A DNA stretch of 64,000 nucleotides, taken from contig CAVVEU010000029.1 of assembly GCA_963747235.1 (NCBI GenBank), positions 1-64,000 on the forward strand, read 5' to 3'. The position numbers were made by a program, and so were the translations under genes. The notes under the pieces are model-generated. The model saw only the letters and a list, made by a program, of their open reading frames with translations. It ran no database searches and was not told the origin of the DNA. This DNA comes from an uncultured Candidatus Rokubacteria bacterium (lineage in GTDB: Bacteria > Methylomirabilota > Methylomirabilia > Rokubacteriales > CSP1-6). Position 1 is the first letter of the stretch. Every line of letters starts with the position of its first letter. Below, piece after piece: positions 44,828 through 56,202 of the stretch.

Positions 44828-45804
44828 TGAACCGTCGGACGTTCTTCTGCACCCTGGCGGGCGGCCTCCTCGCCGCGCCGCTCGCCGCCGGGGCGCAGCC
44901 GGCGGGCAAGGTGTGGCGGATCGGGTATCTGACAGGTAGTTCTGTGGGTGCCCTCGATGCATTCAAGCAGGTGCTGGGTGAGCACGGGTATGTTGAGGGA
45001 CGAAACATCGCGATTGAGATCAGGTCTGCTGAGGGAAGAGTTGAGCGGCTTTCCACCCTTGCCGCCGAATTGGCTAACATCAATGTCGATGTGTTCCTGG
45101 TGACCGTCAACAGAGTAGCCCTGGCCGTGCGGGAGGTAGCTCCGAAGACCCCTATCGTGATGACGCGTGCCGAGGAGCCAGTTCGCCTTGGGCTCGTCAA
45201 GAGTCTTGCCAGGCCGGGCGGCAACATCACGGGGATCGCGATCGTGGCCGGCCCGGAGATCTATGGTAAGAACTTGAAGTTGCTGAAGGCGGTCCTTCCC
45301 GGGAGGGCGCGCATCGCGGCTCTCTTCAATACCACGTCTTCCGTCAACGCACTCTGGTTGAAGGCCACTGAAGAGGCGGCTGGCAAGCTGGGGGTGAGGC
45401 TTGTGCCGATCGGAGTCCGCAATCCGGAGGACTTCGAGCAGGCATTTGCGCTGATGAAGCAAGCGGAGGCGACCGGGTTTGTCGTCCTCGGCGAGCCGCT
45501 CTTCTTTGGCCCCAACAGCCGGCTGGTCAACGATCTAGCACTGCGGAGTGGACTGGCTTCCATGTGGCCTCTTCGAGCTGGCATAGACGCAGGTGGCCTG
45601 ATGTCTTACGGCATTCCGGTGCCCGATTCCTATCGTAGCGCGGCAGCCTACGTCGTTAAGGTTCTTCGGGGTGCCCAACCCGGTGACTTGGCGATGGAGC
45701 AGCCGACTAAGTTCGAGCTGGTCATCAACCTCAAGACCGCCAAGGCCCTCGGCCTGACGATCCCGCCGTCGATTCTGCAGCGGGCGGATCAGGTGATCGA
45801 GTAG
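44827..45804 (+). CDS. ABC substrate-binding protein copy 2
   Basis: [24 protein letters not shown]. Confidence 0.9.
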   Translation: MNRRTFFCTLAGGLLAAPLAAGAQPAGKVWRIGYLTGSSVGALDAFKQVLGEHGYVEGRNIAIEIRSAEGRVERLSTLAAELANINVDVFLVTVNRVALAVREVAPKTPIVMTRAEEPVRLGLVKSLARPGGNITGIAIVAGPEIYGKNLKLLKAVLPGRARIAALFNTTSSVNALWLKATEEAAGKLGVRLVPIGVRNPEDFEQAFALMKQAEATGFVVLGEPLFFGPNSRLVNDLALRSGLASMWPLRAGIDAGGLMSYGIPVPDSYRSAAAYVVKVLRGAQPGDLAMEQPTKFELVINLKTAKALGLTIPPSILQRADQVIE

Positions 45805-46784
45805 TGGATCGGCGCCGCTTCCTGCTGACCTCGATGGGCGGGGCCCTCGCGGTGCCGCTCGCCGCCGGGGCGCAGCCGGCCGGGAAGGTTCCCCGCGTTG
45901 GCTTTCTGCTCGGTCTCTCGCCCGGGCCTTCGCGAGAAGTGGACGCCTTCCAGCGAGGGCTACGCGAACTCGGGTACATCGAGGGCCAGAACATTGCGAT
46001 CGACTATCGCTACGCACGCGGGCAAGTCGAGCGTCTTCCCGAGCTTGCCGCCGAGTTGGTGCGCCTGAACCCTGACGTCATCGTCGCCCCCTATACGCCT
46101 CCCGCTCTGGCGGCCAAGCGCGCAACCAGCATGATCCCGATCGTCTTCGCCGTCGTTGCCGATGCGGTTGGCGCCGGACTCATCACCAACCTCGGGCGGC
46201 CCGGTGGGAACATCACGGGATTGACGAGCACCAGTGCCGAGCTGGGCGGCAAACGCTTGGAACTCCTCAAGCAAGTGATCTCCAAGGCCGCTCGCGTGGC
46301 GGTTCTCTACAATCCCGCCGATCAGTCCAATGTGCTGATCTTGAAGCAGCTCCAAGAGTCAGCGCCGAACCTGGGTCTCACCCTGCAACCGCTCACGATA
46401 CGTGAACCGGGCGACTTCGAGGGCGCTTTTTCCGCGATGGCCCGAGAACGCACACATGCGATGTTCGGCGCCCCCGGTGTTTTGACGTTCGAGCATAAGG
46501 AGGTTCTCGTAGGCCTCGCCGCCAAGCGTCGGCTACCGGCGATGTGGGGCCATCGCCAGTTCGTCGACGCTGGCGGCCTCATGTCCTACGCCGTGAACTT
46601 TTACGACCAGATCCGACAGACCGCCGCTTACGTGGACAAGATCCTCAAAGGCGCCAAGCCCGCCGACCTCCCTGTCGAGCAGCCCACGAAGTTCGAGCTC
46701 GTCATCAACCTCAAGACTTCGAAGGCGCTCGGCCTGACGATCCCTCAGTCGCTGTTGCTGCGGGCGGATCAGGTGATTGAGTGA
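45804..46784 (+). CDS. ABC substrate-binding protein copy 3
   Basis: Same motifs; TAGTG overlap. Confidence 0.92.
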   Translation: MDRRRFLLTSMGGALAVPLAAGAQPAGKVPRVGFLLGLSPGPSREVDAFQRGLRELGYIEGQNIAIDYRYARGQVERLPELAAELVRLNPDVIVAPYTPPALAAKRATSMIPIVFAVVADAVGAGLITNLGRPGGNITGLTSTSAELGGKRLELLKQVISKAARVAVLYNPADQSNVLILKQLQESAPNLGLTLQPLTIREPGDFEGAFSAMARERTHAMFGAPGVLTFEHKEVLVGLAAKRRLPAMWGHRQFVDAGGLMSYAVNFYDQIRQTAAYVDKILKGAKPADLPVEQPTKFELVINLKTSKALGLTIPQSLLLRADQVIE

Positions 46785-47755
46785 TGGACCGGCGGACGTT
46801 CATCGGCGTTATCACTGGCAGCCTCCTCGTCGCGCCGCTCGCCGCCGAGGGGCAGCCGGGGACAATACGCCGCATAGGCGTTCTATCCCCTGCCTCGCCT
46901 GGGCCTTCCCCCTTGCTCAGCGCGTTCCAGCAAGGACTCCAAGAGCTCGGCTACGTTGAGGGACAAGACATTCGCCTGGAGTATCGATTCGCTGAGACGA
47001 GGCTCGAACGGCTGCCCGGCCTCGCCGCCGAACTGGTCGGTCTCAAAGTCGATGTCATCCTTGCGATCAATAGCACAGCCGCTCAGGCTGCCCTGAAAGC
47101 CACCAAGACAATCCCCATTGTCTTTACGTGGGTTGCCGACCCTCTTAGTCTCGTGTCGAATCTCGCGCGGCCGGGCGGGAACGTTACGGGGCTGACCACC
47201 ATGACCACCGAGCTGAGTGGGAAACGCTTGCAACTATTTAAGGATGTTCTCCCCGGCATTCCCCGCATAGCCGTCCTCTGGAATTCGGCCAATCCGGTGG
47301 CCACTCTGGTCTTCAGAGAGATGGAAGGCGCAAGCGCGCGGCTCGGTGTTCAGCTTTACTCCATGGCCGTGCGCAGTTCCACCGAGTTCCAAGACGCGTT
47401 CAAGGCGGCGGCGCGGGCACGCGCGAGCGCGCTCTTCGTGATCGAGGAGGGAACGCTCTTTCCACACCGAGCGCGCATCCTGAGTTTGGCGGCACAGCAT
47501 CGCATGCCAGCGGCGTCCCAGTTCAGAGACTTTGCGGAGGCGGGGGGCCTGCTGAGCTACGGGCCGAACCTCTCCGACTTGTTCCGGCGCGCCGCCATCT
47601 ATGTGGACAAGATCCTCAAGGGAACCAAACCCGGCGACCTCCCGGTCGAGCGGCCCGAGAAGTTCGAGCTGGTCATCAACCTCAAAACCGCCAAGGCCCT
47701 CGGCCTGACGATCCCGCCGTCGCTCCTCCAGCGGGCGGATCAGGTGATCGAGTGA
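46784..47755 (+). CDS. ABC substrate-binding protein copy 4
   Basis: Same motifs; TGATG overlap. Confidence 0.92.
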   Translation: MDRRTFIGVITGSLLVAPLAAEGQPGTIRRIGVLSPASPGPSPLLSAFQQGLQELGYVEGQDIRLEYRFAETRLERLPGLAAELVGLKVDVILAINSTAAQAALKATKTIPIVFTWVADPLSLVSNLARPGGNVTGLTTMTTELSGKRLQLFKDVLPGIPRIAVLWNSANPVATLVFREMEGASARLGVQLYSMAVRSSTEFQDAFKAAARARASALFVIEEGTLFPHRARILSLAAQHRMPAASQFRDFAEAGGLLSYGPNLSDLFRRAAIYVDKILKGTKPGDLPVERPEKFELVINLKTAKALGLTIPPSLLQRADQVIE

Positions 47756-47860
47756 AGATCCGCCCAATCTTCACCGGCAACTCCCTTCTCGCCGCGTCAC
47801 TAGTGGGCTAAGGGCAGAATAGGCTCGCTCCCGTGCGATGGGGGCTATAGGAGATCCGCG

Positions 47861-48814
47861 ATGACGAACAGACGGGCGTTCCTGCTAGGCGCTGGTGCCT
47901 TGGTGTCTGATGCTTTCGTTCCGATCGGAGCGCGGGCTCTCGCGCAGGTCACCGGGAGTCCTCCGCGCTCGAAGACGCGCCTGATTCTCCTCGGCACCGG
48001 TGGCGGGCCCCGACCGCGCAAGAGCGTGATGTCAACCGCGCAGGTGATCGTGGCCAACGACGTCCCATACGTCATCGACTGCGCCAATGGTGTCGGCCGG
48101 CAGCTCGTGCTGGCTGGTGTGCCGCTCGCCAAGATCCGCCATGTGTTTATCACCCACCACCATTCCGACCACAATGCCGACTATGGCACCCTCCTGCTGC
48201 TCGCGTGGGCCAGTGGGCTGCGGACGCGCGTTGACACGTGGGGTCCGCCGCCGCTCGAGAAGATTACGCGGCTCTTCTTCGAGATGAGTGCACCGGACAT
48301 CGATGTGCGTATCGTCGACGAGGGGCGAGTGCCGCTGGTGCCCCTGATCCATCCGCACGAGCTGACACAGAATGGATTGGTGTGGCAGGACGACAACGTC
48401 AAGGTGACCGCGGCGATTGTCGAGCATCCTCTGGTGCCGACCGCCTTCGCGTACCGGTTCGACGGCCCCGACCGGTCCATCGTCATCTCAGGCGACACGC
48501 ATCGCTCGGACAATCTAGTGAAGCTCGCGCAGGGCGCCGACGTGCTGGTGCATGAGGCTATGTGGGTGCCGGGCGTCGATCGCCTGGTGGGCGCAAACCC
48601 CAACGCCACGACGCTGAAGAAACACATCATCGACAGTCACACGCCTGTGGAAGAAGTCGGCCAAGTAGCGACCGCCGCGGGCGTGAAGACGCTCGTGCTG
48701 TCGCACTTAGTGCCGGCGGACGATGAGCGGCTTACGGATCAGATGTGGATCGATCTGGCCGCCGCGTACTTCAAGGGACGCATTGTTGTCGCCAAGGACT
48801 TGATGGAGATTTGA
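47861..48814 (+). CDS. Tat-exported MBL-fold hydrolase (RNase Z/arylsulfatase-like)
   Basis: NRRAFL, LGTGGGP, THHHSDH, SGDT, LVHEA, LSHLVP. Confidence 0.88.
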   Translation: MTNRRAFLLGAGALVSDAFVPIGARALAQVTGSPPRSKTRLILLGTGGGPRPRKSVMSTAQVIVANDVPYVIDCANGVGRQLVLAGVPLAKIRHVFITHHHSDHNADYGTLLLLAWASGLRTRVDTWGPPPLEKITRLFFEMSAPDIDVRIVDEGRVPLVPLIHPHELTQNGLVWQDDNVKVTAAIVEHPLVPTAFAYRFDGPDRSIVISGDTHRSDNLVKLAQGADVLVHEAMWVPGVDRLVGANPNATTLKKHIIDSHTPVEEVGQVATAAGVKTLVLSHLVPADDERLTDQMWIDLAAAYFKGRIVVAKDLMEI

Positions 48815-49038
48815 CCGCGCCCGGCGCTTCATTCCGCTCGTAGATCTCCAGATAGTTCAGGGTCACCCGGCGGTGCTGGGCGAGCCGTGCGGGGGAACCG
48901 CCTCCGCAATGACGAACGTGCTCATAGCGACTCCTTGGCCGTACTGAGCAGGGCCGCAGTTCGGTGGCACTGAGCTGCTCCGCGAAGTGTTCTTGAAGTT
49001 TTCTCTTGCTCGCTTCAGGCGGGTGCGGTAGGCGCCCA

Positions 49039-49746
49039 GCCAGCCGCCACAAGTCGGAGTTCCTGGCCAACATGAGCCACGAGCTCCGCACGCCACTCAA
49101 CGCGATCATCGGGTTCTCGGAAGTGCTCGCGGAGAAGATGTTCGGGGACGTCAATGCCAAGCAGGCGGAATACCTGCAGGATATTCTCGAGTCGGGGCGG
49201 CATCTCCTGTCCCTCATCAACGATATCCTCGATCTCTCGAAGATCGAGGCAGGACACATGGAGCTGGAGCCGGCGGACTTCGATCTGTCGGGGACCATCG
49301 ACAACGCGCTGACTCTGGTACGGGAGCGCGCCACCCGGCGCGGCATCACGCTGGGCAGCACCATCGACGACCGCCTGCGGATAATCTGCGGTGACGAGCG
49401 GAAGGTGAAGCAGGTCCTCTTGAATCTCCTCTCCAACGCGTTGAAGTTCACGCCCGAAGGGGGACGGATCGACGTCAGCGCCGCCCTGCGCGACAGCCTG
49501 GCGGAGGTGTCCGTAGCGGATACGGGCATCGGCATCGCGTCGGGTGATCAGGAGGCCGTCTTCGAGGAGTTTCGGCAGGTGGGCGCCGCGGAGCGGAAAG
49601 CGGAAGGCACTGGGCTCGGGCTGGCGCTCTCCCGGAAGTTCGTCGAGCTCCATGGCGGCAGGATCTGGGTGCGGAGCGAGCTCGGCCACGGCTCGACCTT
49701 CACCTTCACCTTCCCGGTCGGGTCTGGGCTGACGAGCCAAGCATGA
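49039..49746 (+). pseudogene. Histidine kinase HisKA+HATPase fragment without sensor
   Basis: KSEFLANMSHELRTPLN, NLLSNALKFT, DTGIG, GTGLGL; no credible N-terminus. Confidence 0.8.
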
Positions 49747-49793
49747 CGATCCCGCCTTTGCTCCTCCAGCGGGCCGACCAGGTGATCGATTAG
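49744..49793 (+). repeat. Isolated SBP 3' tail
   Basis: tgacgatcccgcctttgctcctccagcgggccgaccaggtgatcgattag. Confidence 0.85.
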
Positions 49794-49854
49794 CCCGTGG
49801 CGTCACGTGCAGGAGCCAGGTCGACAAAACCAATTCCTGGGTGAAGTCTGGGTA

Positions 49855-49892
49855 AACGAAAGGGGTTAGCGGCTGCTGCGTCCGCTAACCCC
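49855..49892 (-). terminator. Intrinsic terminator after tRNA-fMet
   Basis: ggggttagcgg/ccgctaacccc 11-bp stem followed by tttcgttt on the minus strand. Confidence 0.8.
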
Positions 49893-49902
49893 TCGTCGTC
49901 AA

Positions 49903-49979
<77 letters not shown>

Positions 49980-49990
49980 GTGACTGACGT

Positions 49991-50019
49991 AATGTACCCG
50001 ACGCACGGCACGGAGTCAA
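49991..50019 (-). promoter_or_regulatory. sigma70 promoter of the tRNA
   Basis: TTGACT-N17-TACATT. Confidence 0.7.
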
Positions 50020-50032
50020 CCGCACCGCGTGC

Positions 50033-50485
50033 CTACTTCTTCTCGGCTCGGCTGGGATCGTCCTCCGGATTCAGCCAGTTGACGACGAAGGGCCCGTCTC
50101 CGAAGATCTCAATCACGCTCCCGGCCCTTTGCAAGGCGAAGTGGGGCATCCGGGCGGGCATCGCGGCGTGGGCCCCTGTCGCCAGCTCGGTCAGCTTCGA
50201 GGCGTCGTACTGCTCCCCGTGCGCCACCAGGAACGCGCCGGTCAGCACCGTGATGTGCTCGTCGGTCGGATGCCAGTGAGGCGGCACCCGGACGTCGGCG
50301 GCCAGCGTGCGGATGCGGAGCACGTAGAGGCCCGGCTTGCTCGGGTCGCCCGCGACGACGGCCATCTCCGTGCCGGGGATGAGCGGGCGCCAGACGAGCT
50401 GGGCGGGGGTGACGACGTGGCCCTGGGCGACGGCGAGGGATGGGATCAGGACCAAAGCGATCAAGAACAATAGCAGGCCCCTCAC
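50033..50485 (-). CDS. Secreted cupin (DUF4437-like)
   Basis: Signal peptide, PPHWHPTDEHITV, MPHFA; probable GTG start inside a BoxC-like repeat. Confidence 0.8.
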   Translation of the reverse strand: MRGLLLFLIALVLIPSLAVAQGHVVTPAQLVWRPLIPGTEMAVVAGDPSKPGLYVLRIRTLAADVRVPPHWHPTDEHITVLTGAFLVAHGEQYDASKLTELATGAHAAMPARMPHFALQRAGSVIEIFGDGPFVVNWLNPEDDPSRAEKK

Positions 50486-50564
50486 CCTGCCCTCTCCCCG
50501 GTGGGGAGGGGGTGGAGAAGGCATCAGCTCCCCTCACCCTGCCCTCTCCCCAGAGGGGAGAGGG
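50478..50564 (+). repeat. Two BoxC/REP-like palindromes
   Basis: cccctcaccctgccctctcccc-N-ggggag(a/g)ggg; 50530-50564 identical to 56570-56604. Confidence 0.9.
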
Positions 50565-52053
50565 AGAGGCGGCGGCCGGTGACGCGGTCGGTCTTGGCCG
50601 GCTCGAAGCGGCCGGTGCGGGCCAGGGCCCAGAGCACGCGCCAGGCCCCGCGCGTCGCGAGCAGCCAGTAGGTCTGGCAGCGGAAGGTGCCGAGGAACTT
50701 CTCCTTCAGGCTCTTGCGGCGGAGGTCCACCGGGCGCGGCAGGTACGGGTGGAGATCCTCGATCAGCGCCTGGGTCATGATGCCGCCCACCCACACCGTG
50801 AGCGCCAGCGAGACGGTGGGCGCGCCGGTGGCCATGTAGAACCAGAAGCGGTGGCCCTCGTGGTGGTAGGCCAGGTACCAGCCGAGCCAGCCGGTGACCG
50901 GGTAGACCAGCGCCGCGATCGGCCACTCCACCACCTTGTTGCCGATGTGCCGCACGAGCTGGGCCAGGTTGAACGCGGTGGGCTCCGTCCGCCAGACGCG
51001 CCAGAGGAACGGGATGTCGTCGAGCACGCCCCGGTACCAGCGCGCGTTCTGCCGGATCACGCCCTCGGAGGTCTCGGGCAGGTCGGTCACCTCCACCATG
51101 GGCAGCGCCTGGATCAGCACGCCGCGCCGGCCGAGCTCGTAGCCGAGCGTGGAGTCCTCGGTGGCGCCCGAGGTCGGGAAGCCGCCGACCGCCTGCATCA
51201 GGTCCAGGCGCACGAACTGGTTGTGGCCCAGGCAGATCTGGGAGCGGCGGAAGAAGAGCTCGAACGCGGGGCGCACCAGCCAGGCCAGACGCGGGGCGCG
51301 CGCGGTCAGGCGGCCCAGGAGCCGCACGCGCTTGACCTCGTTGAGCAGGCGCGCGATGGACACGCGGATGAAGATGGACGACTGCTGGATCGCGCAGATC
51401 TTCCCGCGAATCGGCAGCCGGTCGTAGTTGGCGAGGGAGAGCGGGATGCCCTGGTAGGCGAGGCTCCCCTGCCCGCCGAGCTCGCGCTGGGCGATCCAGC
51501 GGTAGGTGTCCGGATCCGGGATCGAGTCGGCGTCGCTCACGCCCACGAAGACGCGGCGCGGGTCGGTCTCCTCGGTCAGGATCTCGCGGAGCACCTCGGG
51601 GCGCAGCGCCCAGTTGAGCTGGTGCGCCTTGCGGCCCGGCCCCGGCATCACCACGTGCGAGAGGCGCTTCTGCTGATAGGGCGGCAGCGTCTCGCGCAGG
51701 CGCCGCACCAGCTCGCCGGTGCTCACCCCCATGGCGGGATGCGGGGCGCGCTCCTCCTCCTCCTTGGTGATCACCACCACGTGCAGGCGGCCGTGCGGGT
51801 AGCGCGAGGCGGTCAGCGCGCCCACCGTCACCGCGATGTCGGGCTCGTGGTAGGCGGGCACCAGGTGCAGGAACACCGGCGCGTCCGGCTCCCGCTCGAG
51901 CTGCTCCTCCGCGGGCAGGTCGGCGAGGCGCGCGTAGGCCTCGCGGACGAAGCGCGTGGTGATGAGCATGCCGCGCCAGTCCAGCGCCAGCTTGATCGAG
52001 GCGCGGATGTTGAAGAAGAGCGCCACGAAGAAGAGGAACGGGATGATGTCCAC
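50524..52053 (-). CDS. GT2 family membrane glycosyltransferase
   Basis: VPAYHE, DAD, TED, QNARW. Confidence 0.85.
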   Translation of the reverse strand: MDIIPFLFFVALFFNIRASIKLALDWRGMLITTRFVREAYARLADLPAEEQLEREPDAPVFLHLVPAYHEPDIAVTVGALTASRYPHGRLHVVVITKEEEERAPHPAMGVSTGELVRRLRETLPPYQQKRLSHVVMPGPGRKAHQLNWALRPEVLREILTEETDPRRVFVGVSDADSIPDPDTYRWIAQRELGGQGSLAYQGIPLSLANYDRLPIRGKICAIQQSSIFIRVSIARLLNEVKRVRLLGRLTARAPRLAWLVRPAFELFFRRSQICLGHNQFVRLDLMQAVGGFPTSGATEDSTLGYELGRRGVLIQALPMVEVTDLPETSEGVIRQNARWYRGVLDDIPFLWRVWRTEPTAFNLAQLVRHIGNKVVEWPIAALVYPVTGWLGWYLAYHHEGHRFWFYMATGAPTVSLALTVWVGGIMTQALIEDLHPYLPRPVDLRRKSLKEKFLGTFRCQTYWLLATRGAWRVLWALARTGRFEPAKTDRVTGRRLSLSPLGRGQGEGS

Positions 52054-52058
52054 GCGGG

Positions 52059-53635
<1,577 letters not shown>

Positions 53636-54526
53636 TCAGGCCTTCCGTTCGAGGATGAAGCGCCCGAGGGCGCGAATGGGCTCGGCGCGCGGGCCCAGGA
53701 CGCGAAGCGCTTCCTCCGCGTCGCGGATCAGGAACGCGGCGCGGGCCCGGGAGACCTCGATGCCGTGAATGGCGGGGTAGGTCGCCTTCTGCTGGATCTG
53801 GTCCTTGCCCGCCGTCTTGCCCAGCTCTTCCGAGCTCGCGACCACGTCGAGGATGTCGTCCACGATCTGGAAGGCCAGCCCCAGGTCGGCGCCCGCCACG
53901 CTGAGCGCGCGCACCTGCGCGGCGTCGGCCCCGCACAGCATGGCGCCGATGCGGAGCGAGGTGCGGATCAGCGCGCCCGTCTTGTGCGCGTGGATGTAGT
54001 CCACCATGTCGGCGCCGACCTTGCGGCCCTCGGCCTCCAGATCGGCGACCTGGCCCGCCACCATGCCCTTGTGGCCGGCCGCGTCGGCGATGTCCACCAC
54101 GACGTCTTGCAGCGCGCTGATGTTGCTCTGTCCCGCGTTGTCGGCCACCAGGCGGAAGGCGAGCGTCAGGAGCGCGTCCCCGGCCAGGATGGCCGTGGCC
54201 TCGCCGAAGACCTTGTGATTCGTGGGGACGCCGCGGCGGAAGTCGTCGTTGTCCATCGCGGGCAGGTCGTCGTGGACCAGCGAGTAGGTGTGGATCAGCT
54301 CCATCGCGCACGCGGTGGGCATCACCTGGTCCGCGGTGCCGCCCACCGCCTCCGCCCCCGCGATGACCAGCACCGGGCGCAGCCGCTTGCCGCCCGCGAA
54401 GACGCTGTAGCGCATCGCCTTGTGCAGGGTCTCGGGTCGGAGGCTCTCGGCGGGCAGGAAGCGCTCGAGCGCCGCGTCCACCGCGGCCGCCCGCAGCGTC
54501 ATGTAGGCGCCGAGATCGAAGCTCAC
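53636..54526 (-). CDS. ispA: Farnesyl diphosphate synthase
   Basis: GGKRLRP, HDDLPAMD, FQIVDDILD. Confidence 0.93.
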   Translation of the reverse strand: MSFDLGAYMTLRAAAVDAALERFLPAESLRPETLHKAMRYSVFAGGKRLRPVLVIAGAEAVGGTADQVMPTACAMELIHTYSLVHDDLPAMDNDDFRRGVPTNHKVFGEATAILAGDALLTLAFRLVADNAGQSNISALQDVVVDIADAAGHKGMVAGQVADLEAEGRKVGADMVDYIHAHKTGALIRTSLRIGAMLCGADAAQVRALSVAGADLGLAFQIVDDILDVVASSEELGKTAGKDQIQQKATYPAIHGIEVSRARAAFLIRDAEEALRVLGPRAEPIRALGRFILERKA

Positions 54527-54762
54527 GCGCGATCGTCCTCGGCCAGATCGAAGGGCGCGACCTTCAGCACCCCGCTCTCGTCCCGGGTCAGGAGCTCGAT
54601 GCGCTTCTCGGCCTCGTCGAGGTACTTGCCGCAGCGGCGGGCGAGGCCCACGCCCTCCTCGAACACCTGCAGCGACTCCTCGAGCGACAGGTTACCGGCC
54701 TCGAGCTGGTCCACGATCTGCTCGAGCCGTTGCAGCGCCGTTTCAAACTTGATGTCGGTCAT
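54523..54762 (-). CDS. xseB: Exonuclease VII small subunit
   Basis: FETALQRLEQIV..LE..SLEESL..FEEG. Confidence 0.93.
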   Translation of the reverse strand: MTDIKFETALQRLEQIVDQLEAGNLSLEESLQVFEEGVGLARRCGKYLDEAEKRIELLTRDESGVLKVAPFDLAEDDRA

Positions 54763-56098
54763 CTCGTTCCTTGAGGCGCTCCACCCGGGCCTCCAGCGCG
54801 CCCTGGTGCAGCAGGATCTCGATGGCGTCGCCGGGGCGCGCCTGCGCGGCGGTGCGAACGATCACGCCCGACGACAGCCGGGTCAGGCTGTAGCCTCGCC
54901 CGAGCACGGCCAGCGGGGAGAGGCTGTCGAGCTGCCCGACCGCGGCGTCGAACCGGTGACGGGACGCCTTCACGCTGTGCCCCGCCGCCGAGGCGAGCCG
55001 GCCGCGCAGCTGCGCGAGCAACGTCGTCCCGTTGGCAATCCTAGCGACCGGGTTGAGAGAGCGCAAGGCGTTTCTGGCCAGAGACACCCGATGCGCGGCG
55101 TCCTGCCGCCGGCTCCGCGCCGCGAGGCCGAGGCGGGTGGTCAGCTCGTCGAGGCGCCGGTGCAGATCGCGCAGGGCGCGCGAGGCGTCGGTGAGCACGC
55201 GGCGCTTGGCGAGCGCGTCCACGCGCTCCCGCTCGCGCTCGAGACGATCGGCCATCGCCTGCTTGAGGGAATCGTAGAGGCCGCACAGCGCGCGGACGAC
55301 CTGCAGCTTCTCCTGCACCACCAGCTCGGCGGCCGCCGACGGCGTGGGCGCGCGCAGGTCGGCCACGAAGTCCGCGATGGTGAAGTCGGTCTCGTGGCCC
55401 ACCGCCGAGATCACCGGCACCCGGCACGCGGCGATCGCGCGCGCCACCCGCTCGTCGTTGAAGGCCCAGAGATCCTCGATGGAGCCGCCGCCCCGGCCCA
55501 CGATCACCACGTCCAGCTCCGCGATCTCCTGGAGATCGGCGAGCGCGCGCACGATCTCGCCCGGGGCCTCCTCGCCCTGCACGCGCACCGGCGTGATCAG
55601 GATGCGCAGGTCGGCGAAGCGGCGCGCGATCACGTGCAGCATGTCGCGGATGGCCGCGCCGGTGGGCGAGGTCACGATCCCGATGGTGCGCGGATACGGC
55701 GGCAGCCCGCGCTTGCGGGCGGCGTCGAAGAGGCCCTCGGCCTCGAGCCGGCGCTTGAGCTGCTCGAAGGCGAGCTGGAGCGCGCCCACGCCCTTGGGCT
55801 CGAGCAGCTCGACCACCAACTGGTATTCCCCTCGCGCGAGGTAGACGTCGAGGCCGCCGAAGGCCAGCACCTGCATGCCGTCCTCGGGCTGGAAGGCCAC
55901 GCGGCGGCCGCGCCCGCGGAAGAGCACGCAGCGGAGCTGGGCGGTATCGTCCTTCAGCGTGAAGTAGGCGTGCCCCGACGACGGCGTGCGCAGGTTGCTG
56001 ATCTCCCCCTCCACCCACACCGCCGGGAACTGATCCTCGAGCGACGCCTTGATCCGCGTCGCCAGCTCACTCACGGTGCAAACGACCCGCTCGCTCAT
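54743..56098 (-). CDS. xseA: Exonuclease VII large subunit
   Basis: WVEGEISN, SGHAYFTLKD, RGGGSIEDL, GHETD. Confidence 0.96.
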   Translation of the reverse strand: MSERVVCTVSELATRIKASLEDQFPAVWVEGEISNLRTPSSGHAYFTLKDDTAQLRCVLFRGRGRRVAFQPEDGMQVLAFGGLDVYLARGEYQLVVELLEPKGVGALQLAFEQLKRRLEAEGLFDAARKRGLPPYPRTIGIVTSPTGAAIRDMLHVIARRFADLRILITPVRVQGEEAPGEIVRALADLQEIAELDVVIVGRGGGSIEDLWAFNDERVARAIAACRVPVISAVGHETDFTIADFVADLRAPTPSAAAELVVQEKLQVVRALCGLYDSLKQAMADRLERERERVDALAKRRVLTDASRALRDLHRRLDELTTRLGLAARSRRQDAAHRVSLARNALRSLNPVARIANGTTLLAQLRGRLASAAGHSVKASRHRFDAAVGQLDSLSPLAVLGRGYSLTRLSSGVIVRTAAQARPGDAIEILLHQGALEARVERLKERDDRHQV

Positions 56099-56102
56099 CG
56101 GA

Positions 56103-56202
56103 CCCCTCACCCCGGCCCCCTCACCCTACCCTCTCCCCATCGGGGGCGAGGGTCCCGCGACCTTCCCCCTCTCCCCTCTGGGGAGAGGGCCGGGGTGAGG
56201 GG
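56103..56202. repeat. BoxC-like cluster: partial, forward and inverted copies
   Basis: 56117-56152 forward, 56167-56202 reverse complement. Confidence 0.9.
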
